Assembly (NCBI GenBank): GCA_007130585.1
Contig: SLSE01000180.1
Location: forward strand, 1 to 37,162
From: Syntrophomonadaceae bacterium
GTDB lineage: Bacteria; Bacillota; Dethiobacteria; DTU022
DNA: 37,162 nucleotides
Direction of reading: 5' to 3'
Below are positions 31,778-37,162 of this stretch, piece after piece (the first letter of the stretch is position 1; every line of letters begins with the position of its first letter). The position numbers and the translations under genes are program-made. The notes beneath the pieces were generated by a model. That model was given only the letters and a program-made list of their open reading frames with translations, made no database searches and was not told the DNA's origin.

Positions 31778-32933
31778 GGAACCCCCTGACAACTACTACG
31801 GGAGTTCCGGCATCGGCGGAACCGCTGACCAGGTCAGCCAGGCTGGCCAGGACGTCTTCCATTTGCCGCGGAGTAGTGCCCTCCCTGTCCATACTGTCTT
31901 CAGCCAGGGTGCCGCCGATGCTGTCAGAAAGCATCGCCTCGATTTCTTCCGCGCTCATCCTGTCTTCATGAAAGCAGTGATCGGCCAGGTACTTATATTT
32001 AATTCCTTCCCGGATACAATCCAGCCCATCGGTAGAGGCAAATGCTGCCCTGGGATCAGCCAGCTCATAAATGCCGCTTGAAGGATCGAGGTATGCGCCG
32101 TCGCCGTAAATCATGACCTGGACATCAACAGCCAGTTCTTTCTTAATTTTATCCCGCAAAAGGTTAACAACTTTTTTCCCGTCACGGGGTGCCAGTTTCA
32201 ATTTTTCCCCCGAGGACATGTTGCTGCCCAGAAGACCCCACTCGGAGTAAGACTCGCCTTCCGTGCAGATCTGATCGAGGGTAATGCAGTTCGGGAACTT
32301 TTCCCTGATCGCTCTATTAGTTGCTTCCCGGGTGTGTATATCTGCGGCTACAATTCCGTCGGGCCTGGTGCCAAGCACCTGCAGAGGATCGTTTGAAAGA
32401 AAAATGTTCGCTGCCGCCCTTTCGGATTCGATAATTTCTCGATAAAGGCTGATGTAGTCGACCCCGGTCAGGGGATGCTTGAACTGTCTCTCGCCGATAT
32501 CGTCCAGGGTGATAGTCTCTTTGCCAAGCATTTCGGCGAATTCTTCATCAATTATCCTGTTGCCCACTTCATCGGCAGGGTAGGACATTTGAACCACTAC
32601 CTCTCCGCGGGGCACCGCCCTGGCAATTCCTCTTAAAATCATAGAAAACCGGTTGCGGCTGGCAATGGGGAAAACCACGGCCACCCTGCTGCGATCGCTA
32701 ACATTAAGTTTCTCCTGTATTTCCCGGGCAATATCATCAACGGTAATATAGTTTCCCTGGGCCCGGGCCACAATCGATTCGGTAATGCATACAACATCGC
32801 CGTCACCCAGCAAGTCGTCCCGATGACAGCGGGCCAGGGATTCGTAAACGGTCTTAACTATGTCCATCCCCGGCAGGATTACGCCCATCCTGACCCCGTA
32901 AGCCATGGGACCGATATAATCGGGCATTTTCAA
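31770..32933 (-). CDS. CofE-family (F420-0:gamma-glutamyl ligase-like) protein, long form
   Basis: 387-aa ORF. The N-terminal GVILPGMDIVKTVYESL...GDGDVVCITESIVARAQGN and the C-terminal LASLADLVSGSADAGTPVVVVRGFL align by eye with the ends of Methanocaldococcus CofE (EGDDLAELI...DGDVLVVCSTVISKAEGR ... FANLLMGEGGDGIPAVVVRGL). Its 3' end overlaps lnt by 8 nt. Confidence 0.6.
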   Translation of the reverse strand: MKMPDYIGPMAYGVRMGVILPGMDIVKTVYESLARCHRDDLLGDGDVVCITESIVARAQGNYITVDDIAREIQEKLNVSDRSRVAVVFPIASRNRFSMILRGIARAVPRGEVVVQMSYPADEVGNRIIDEEFAEMLGKETITLDDIGERQFKHPLTGVDYISLYREIIESERAAANIFLSNDPLQVLGTRPDGIVAADIHTREATNRAIREKFPNCITLDQICTEGESYSEWGLLGSNMSSGEKLKLAPRDGKKVVNLLRDKIKKELAVDVQVMIYGDGAYLDPSSGIYELADPRAAFASTDGLDCIREGIKYKYLADHCFHEDRMSAEEIEAMLSDSIGGTLAEDSMDREGTTPRQMEDVLASLADLVSGSADAGTPVVVVRGFLR

Positions 32934-32950
32934 TGGACCCCACCTCCCTA

Positions 32951-33586
32951 TTAAACGATTCTTTGTTTCTCGGCAAAAACCTTTAAGGCAGCTTCGTAAT
33001 CGCTCCAGCGGTTTATGTTAACAAACGACTCCTGTTCAGGATCAAATTTCTTGATTTCTCCTGAATTGATATACCTGATATCCAGGTGGCTGTAAAATTC
33101 GGTCACTTTAAAGTTCCCTGCACTGAGCTGGTTTTCGATGACCTTTATACATGCCCGGCTGTAAAATGCATGCAACGGCTGATAATACTCGCCTATCCGC
33201 GGGACAACGGCATCAAATCCACAGGCAAAGCCGGCCATGTATTTAACAAGATCCAGGTTTAAAAAAGGCATGTCGCAGGCAACCACAAATTGATAGGGCA
33301 GATCAGACACGCTGAGGCCGGCGTGAATTCCGCGCAGGGGACTTTTATGTTCATTCCTGATTATATCTTTGACCAGCCTGACCGGCAGTGAACTGAACAG
33401 GTCCGGCCGGTCAGTTACCACTGTCAGCTGGTCAAAATATTCCCCCAGGCGTTTAACCATCAATTCAATCAGGGCCTGCCCATGGAAATCGAGCAGCGCT
33501 TTTGGCCGGCCCAGCCTTTTGCTGTCGCCGCCGGCCAGGATCACGGCGCCTTTTTGTTCGGTAAAGTATTGCGTATTATCGATCAA
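32951..33586 (-). CDS. mobA: Molybdenum cofactor guanylyltransferase
   Basis: 211-aa ORF with GAVILAGGDSKRLGRPKALL, PLRGIHAGL and VVACDMPF blocks typical of MobA. Confidence 0.8.
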   Translation of the reverse strand: MIDNTQYFTEQKGAVILAGGDSKRLGRPKALLDFHGQALIELMVKRLGEYFDQLTVVTDRPDLFSSLPVRLVKDIIRNEHKSPLRGIHAGLSVSDLPYQFVVACDMPFLNLDLVKYMAGFACGFDAVVPRIGEYYQPLHAFYSRACIKVIENQLSAGNFKVTEFYSHLDIRYINSGEIKKFDPEQESFVNINRWSDYEAALKVFAEKQRIV

Positions 33587-33622
33587 ATCTTAACCCTCCA
33601 CAGAATGAAACCGCCCCCAGTA

Positions 33623-34354
33623 TTACCCTGACAGGTACCTGAGGCGCTTCCGTTCGCTGATCATTACCATGATAATGCCTAGCTCGTAAAGGAACACCAG
33701 CGGAACAAGCATGATTACCTGTGAAATAATATCGGGCGGCGTAATAACCGATGCTCCTATAAGCATGATGAGCAGGGCAATTTTCCGGTTCTGCCTCAGG
33801 AACGCGGTCGAAAGCAAGCCTATTTTCCCCAGAGCCCAGGTGAGCAGGGGCAGCTGGAAAACCGCCCCGAAAGCAAAATGAAAAGAAATTACAAATGAAA
33901 TATATTCTGATACCGTAAACTGGGGTGCAACCTGGTCGGTTCCAAACTGTAAAAAAAACCTGAGGGTAAAAGGGAAAACGACGTAGTAAGCAAAGACTAC
34001 CCCGCTGGAAAACAGGACAGCCGCACCGAACAGGACACTGACAATAAATATTTTTTCGCCCCTGACCAGGCCGGGGAAAGTAAAAGCCAGCATCTGATAA
34101 ATTATGACCGGCAGGGCAACGATCAGGCCGCTTAAAAGGGCCAATCGGATATTGGCCATAAAAGCTTCGGGCGGGGACAGGTATATTAACCTTAACTGGT
34201 CCAGGGGATGGGTGAAAATACTTCTGATCAGTTCAACATGGGCAAAGCAAATTATGGCAGCAACAAGCAAAGCGCCTGCTGAAATTAGCAGACGCGTTCT
34301 TAATTCTGCAAGATGCTCAAGTACGGGCATAGTGCCGTCTCTGTTTTTACTCAC
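33623..34354 (-). CDS. tatC: Twin-arginine translocase subunit TatC
   Basis: 243-aa ORF with 6 TM helices and the N-terminal signature MPVLEHLAELRTRLL. The start may be the internal ATG at that Met. Confidence 0.9.
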   Translation of the reverse strand: MSKNRDGTMPVLEHLAELRTRLLISAGALLVAAIICFAHVELIRSIFTHPLDQLRLIYLSPPEAFMANIRLALLSGLIVALPVIIYQMLAFTFPGLVRGEKIFIVSVLFGAAVLFSSGVVFAYYVVFPFTLRFFLQFGTDQVAPQFTVSEYISFVISFHFAFGAVFQLPLLTWALGKIGLLSTAFLRQNRKIALLIMLIGASVITPPDIISQVIMLVPLVFLYELGIIMVMISERKRLRYLSG

Positions 34355-34445
34355 CCTGCTGAATACCTCCCGGCATTCCCACTGCCGCTTTCATACCCTG
34401 CTCCCTGCATCCCGAAACCGGACCGGACTAAACAGCATTTTTCCC

Positions 34446-34631
34446 TTATTTGGGTTCAGAGTTATCAGCGTTAGATTCGTCAGAGTTGGACTCGCCCTTT
34501 AAGCCGTCCTTCAGCTCAACCACGCTTTTGCCAACCGCCCGGGCCAGCTCGGGAAGCCGCTTGGCGCCAAATATCAAAAGAATCACTGCTAAAATCAATA
34601 TAATTTCCGTTGGTCCTATTCTTCCAAACAT
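34446..34631 (-). CDS. tatA: Twin-arginine translocase subunit TatA/E (copy 1)
   Basis: MFGRIGPTEIILILAVILLIFGAKRLPELARAVGKSV is the canonical TatA TM plus amphipathic helix. AAGGAGGA Shine-Dalgarno is present. Confidence 0.9.
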   Translation of the reverse strand: MFGRIGPTEIILILAVILLIFGAKRLPELARAVGKSVVELKDGLKGESNSDESNADNSEPK

Positions 34632-34786
34632 CGCAAATCCTCCTTGGGTAGAGAATCAAAATATATTTTTGTCCTAAATTATTTTAACACATGTGCAATT
34701 TTTCGGTTATTCCGGCAGAAGCTTTCGTTTGACTTTTCTGCTGTCCGGACGGAACCGCGTCATGAACACCGGCTGCATGCAACCCT

Positions 34787-34999
34787 TTACTCTTTCTTGT
34801 CTGATGAGGTATCGTCAAGATTGATACCATCTTTGGCATCAAAACTGATACTGTCCTTTAAGTCCCTGGTTGCTTTACGGAATTCTTTCAAGCCGTTGCC
34901 GATCGAGCGGCCCAGTTCAGGCAGTTTGGCCGGTCCAAAGATTATTAAGGCGACGGCCAAAACCAGCATTATTTCCATTGGCCCTATTCTTCCAAACAT
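34787..34999 (-). CDS. tatA: Twin-arginine translocase subunit TatA/E (copy 2)
   Basis: I trimmed the track ORF to the ATG at 34997-34999 (MFGRIGPMEIMLVLAVALIIFGPAKLPELGRSIGNGLKEF), which is preceded by GAGGAGGA. Confidence 0.85.
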   Translation of the reverse strand: MFGRIGPMEIMLVLAVALIIFGPAKLPELGRSIGNGLKEFRKATRDLKDSISFDAKDGINLDDTSSDKKE

Positions 35000-35167
35000 A
35001 ATAAATCCTCCTCGTAGAGAATCATGACATCTGTATTCATGACCGAATACCATTATAGCGCATCTTGATAATAATTGCACATGCCTTTTTTATTTTTCCT
35101 GTCCGGTCAGCCGACCCCCGGGAACAGCTTCACCGGCGGATGGCGAAAGGGGCCGGGTGCACCTATA

Positions 35168-35204
35168 ATAACCGCTGCAAGCCGGTTTGGGCTGCAGCGG
35201 TTAT
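35168..35204 (-). terminator. Strong hairpin downstream of the PAP2 gene (probable terminator)
   Basis: ATAACCGCTGCA ... TGCAGCGGTTAT is a perfect 12-bp stem with a 13-nt loop that can pair further (GCC/GGC). It lies about 70 nt past the PAP2 stop. The trailing sequence on the minus strand (TATAGG) is only weakly T-rich. Confidence 0.4.
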
Positions 35205-35273
35205 AGAGCCGGTACCTGCCGGTTCTGAAGACCGGAAGTCAGGCAACAGGGAAACAAGGGCCGGTTAAGAAAG

Positions 35274-36263
35274 TCATAAATTTTCCCGCCTGGAGAGACC
35301 CAGGACAGAAAAAACAAAGGGCGCCCCGAGGGTGACCCACATTCCGCCAAGAGCGTAGCGGATAAAACCGAGCGGCGTAACCGCTGATGGCAGTAAGCCT
35401 CCCAACCCGACTATAATACCGAATAATACCGCCACACCGCACAGGACTTTTATCAGCTGATATAGCAGGGGCCCTTTAACCGTAGTTTTGACTTTTTCTT
35501 TTTCAATAATATACCCGAAGGAAGCGCCGCCGAGATAACCCAGTATCTTGGCAGGATCTGCGCCCGGTAGAATTGCCACCAGTAATATTGGCACAACCAG
35601 CGAGAGGGCCAGTAAAAGAGGCATGCTAAACTTTGCAATCCACCCCTTTTCCGCCGCCAGGTTGCTAATCCAGAGGAAAAAGAGTAAAAATGGTATTCCG
35701 AAAACCAGGCCGGCAAGGACATCTCCGAGAAAATGATAGCCCAGCACCATGCGGGAAAACCCGATAAAAATTACGGCGACAAAAGCCCAGATCCAGAATG
35801 CCCTGTTTTTAATCCTGACAGCAAGATAGCCCCAAACAGTTACGGCAGTGAGGGTATGGCCGCTTGGAAAGGCATAGCTGCCTTCGGGGTGAATGACTCC
35901 CTCCAGCGGAGGCCGTTCAAGCAAAGTGATATCTTTGAGCAGGTTGCTGTAAGTGGCCGATGACAGGAGGACAAAAGCGCCCCAGAAACCGAGGGTTTTA
36001 TTGTAAGACCAGATTAAAACACTGAAAAAAACCATGAAAAACTCATCGTCCCCGAGAAAGGTAAACACCCTGAACAGAAACTCGACAGGGCCGACCCGCC
36101 ACTGCTGCAGGGCGACGATCATCTCCACACTGCGGGTCAGAGGCCAGGCCAGGATCAGAAAGGCGGCAGAAATAAAAGTAACGGCCAGTAAAAACTTTAT
36201 CCAGAACGATTCAAGCTTCGGATCATCGGAGAAGTATGGTTTTCTTACCGGGGGAAAGTTCAT
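35274..36263 (-). CDS. PAP2-family phosphatase with an extra C-terminal multi-TM extension
   Basis: All three PAP2 motifs are present: KDITLLERPP (KX6RP), FPSGHT (PSGH) and SRMVLGYHFLGD (SRX5HX3D). It is 329 aa, with about 4 additional TM helices after the phosphatase core. Confidence 0.8.
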   Translation of the reverse strand: MNFPPVRKPYFSDDPKLESFWIKFLLAVTFISAAFLILAWPLTRSVEMIVALQQWRVGPVEFLFRVFTFLGDDEFFMVFFSVLIWSYNKTLGFWGAFVLLSSATYSNLLKDITLLERPPLEGVIHPEGSYAFPSGHTLTAVTVWGYLAVRIKNRAFWIWAFVAVIFIGFSRMVLGYHFLGDVLAGLVFGIPFLLFFLWISNLAAEKGWIAKFSMPLLLALSLVVPILLVAILPGADPAKILGYLGGASFGYIIEKEKVKTTVKGPLLYQLIKVLCGVAVLFGIIVGLGGLLPSAVTPLGFIRYALGGMWVTLGAPFVFSVLGLSRRENL

Positions 36264-36266
36264 TTA

Positions 36267-36521
36267 TCAGTCCTCCTCGTCAAAGTAATCGGTTCCTGTT
36301 TCGAAACTGGCAATCAACCCCCGGGCCTGTTCCAGGAAAGGTTCGGGAACAAAAACCTGGACCTCTACAGCCTGACCGCCGATGACTCTCATCGCCCCGG
36401 TATAAGGGCTGCTGTCGGCTTTTCGGGTCGGAATGCCGTTATCCTGCAAGAAACCGCAGATAATATCGGCTTCTACATCATTATTGGCTTCGACCAGTAA
36501 AACCCAGTTATTTTCGATCAT
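36267..36521 (-). CDS. DUF2007-like small protein
   Basis: I trimmed the track ORF to the ATG at 36519-36521 (MIENNWVLLVEANNDVEADIICGFLQDNGIPTRKAD...VQVFVPEPFLEQARGLI), which is preceded by AAAGGGGA. The pattern resembles DUF2007. Its stop lies 3 nt before the PAP2 start. Confidence 0.5.
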   Translation of the reverse strand: MIENNWVLLVEANNDVEADIICGFLQDNGIPTRKADSSPYTGAMRVIGGQAVEVQVFVPEPFLEQARGLIASFETGTDYFDEED

Positions 36522-36663
36522 AATAATCCCCTTTAATGTTAACCCGGGAAGTTTAAACCGCCTGCTCCGCTTGTTCGCGCTACCAGGCCGACTTATCCCA
36601 CCAGGGGCATGCTGTTGCCTGTATCTATATTCTTGCAAAGTGAGCGTAATCCTGCAAAACAGT

Positions 36664-36692
36664 TTGACGGGGCGGGAAAAGCCGATTAAGAT
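36664..36692 (+). promoter_or_regulatory. Candidate promoter for queG
   Basis: TTGACG (36664-36669), a 17-nt spacer, then TAAGAT (36687-36692). It lies about 70 nt upstream of the ATG. Confidence 0.4.
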
Positions 36693-36760
36693 CGGAACAG
36701 GTAGCAAAGAGAGGTAGATGCTGTTTGTTAACCAGCAGTGAAAACTTAAAAGAGATTGCC

Positions 36761-37162
36761 ATGTCAGTTAACATAACTCAAATCGGCGTAACCACTGCCG
36801 GGCCCCTGCTATACATGCAGGACAGGCTGCAGCGCCGCCTGAAAGAAGGCCGGGTTACCCCCTTTGAAGAAAAAGAGCCCCGGCTGCGCCTGTCTCCGGC
36901 CTTACTGCTCGAGGATTGCCGCTCTGTCATTACCCTTGCAGTTCCCTATACGCCACCGGACCGGCCCGGTCCGGGTCCTTTAAGCGACCAACCGCGCGGG
37001 AAGGTCGCCCGCTGCGCCAGGGCGGTCGATTATCACCTGCTGGTAGAGAGTAAAGCGGCCCTTGTTGCCGAAAAAATCCGCAGGGAGTTCGGCGGAGGCT
37101 TGCATTACAGGATCTTGTCAGACCGCAGCCCGCTGATCGAGCGGGAACTGGCCCGTAACTCG
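36761..37162 (+). CDS. queG: tRNA epoxyqueuosine(34) reductase, N-terminal part (runs off the window)
   Basis: My translation is MSVNITQIGVTTAGPLLYMQDRLQRRLKEGRVTPFEEKEPRLRLSPALLLEDCRSVITLAVPY...RGKVARCARAVDYHLLVESKA...ILSDRSPLIERELARNS. The SVI-LA-PY, ARYA-like/DYH and D-x-P-x-x-ER-x-A blocks fit QueG N-terminal regions. The frame is open to the window end. Confidence 0.7.
   Translation, partial: MSVNITQIGVTTAGPLLYMQDRLQRRLKEGRVTPFEEKEPRLRLSPALLLEDCRSVITLAVPYTPPDRPGPGPLSDQPRGKVARCARAVDYHLLVESKAALVAEKIRREFGGGLHYRILSDRSPLIERELARNS

Noticed and set aside
34690-35083. 11-nt inverted repeat CATGTGCAATT (34690-34700) / AATTGCACATG (35073-35083) flanking tatA copy 2. It could be read as a mini inverted-repeat element or a shared operator.
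   Set aside because: A single 11-mer pair at this distance is within chance expectation for a window of this size. There are no target-site duplications, no transposase and no further copies. It more likely reflects similar promoter-region remnants of the tatA duplication.
1-37162. A search for CRISPR arrays, rRNA, IS elements or transposases, integrases, prophage genes, toxin-antitoxin pairs and classic defence genes (restriction endonucleases, Cas, abortive-infection ATPases).
   Set aside because: None was found. The only repeats are the diverged paralogous gene pairs (ATP-grasp::M20 x2 and tatA x2) and short palindromes. The single tRNA (Pro-CGG) has no adjacent integrase or direct repeat of its 3' end that I could see.

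Overview
This looks like a core-chromosome stretch from an anaerobic Firmicute of the Clostridia type. That taxonomic call is inference from gene content only: DapL-route lysine genes, 1Fe superoxide reductase, HgdC-type activase, HutP-family protein, DUF3786. I saw no rRNA, CRISPR array, transposase, integrase or phage genes. Gene order, left to right: (1) a minus-strand peptide/nickel ABC importer operon (binding lipoprotein, two permeases, start of an ATPase). (2) A split HgdC-like activase/DUF2229 pair, preceded by a consensus promoter, a roughly 210-nt leader, a 30-codon hydrophobic ORF and a terminator. (3) tRNA-Pro(CGG) with its own promoter and terminator. (4) A tight minus-strand operon of an MFS transporter, two paralogous 722-aa Ddl-like ATP-grasp proteins fused to an M20-peptidase-like domain, a signal-less gamma-glutamyltranspeptidase, an N-formylglutamate-amidohydrolase-family protein and a small coiled-coil protein. 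This operon is my best candidate for an undescribed system. (5) A TspO-like membrane protein and lysA-dapL-dapA-dapB. (6) DUF3786 plus an MFS transporter. (7) An IscU-like scaffold plus a Zn-ribbon/wHTH protein, superoxide reductase, a ZIP metal transporter and a Fur-family regulator. (8) An orphan permuted DNA methyltransferase, a PHD/RING-like zinc-finger membrane protein, a HutP-family protein plus a DUF4349 lipoprotein, and MarR. (9) lnt, a long CofE-family protein, mobA, tatC, two tatA copies, a PAP2 phosphatase, DUF2007 and the start of queG. The most striking single-gene observation is that the ABC binding protein is a clean circular permutant of the canonical DppA/OppA domain order. 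All family assignments come from by-eye motif recognition. No searches were run.
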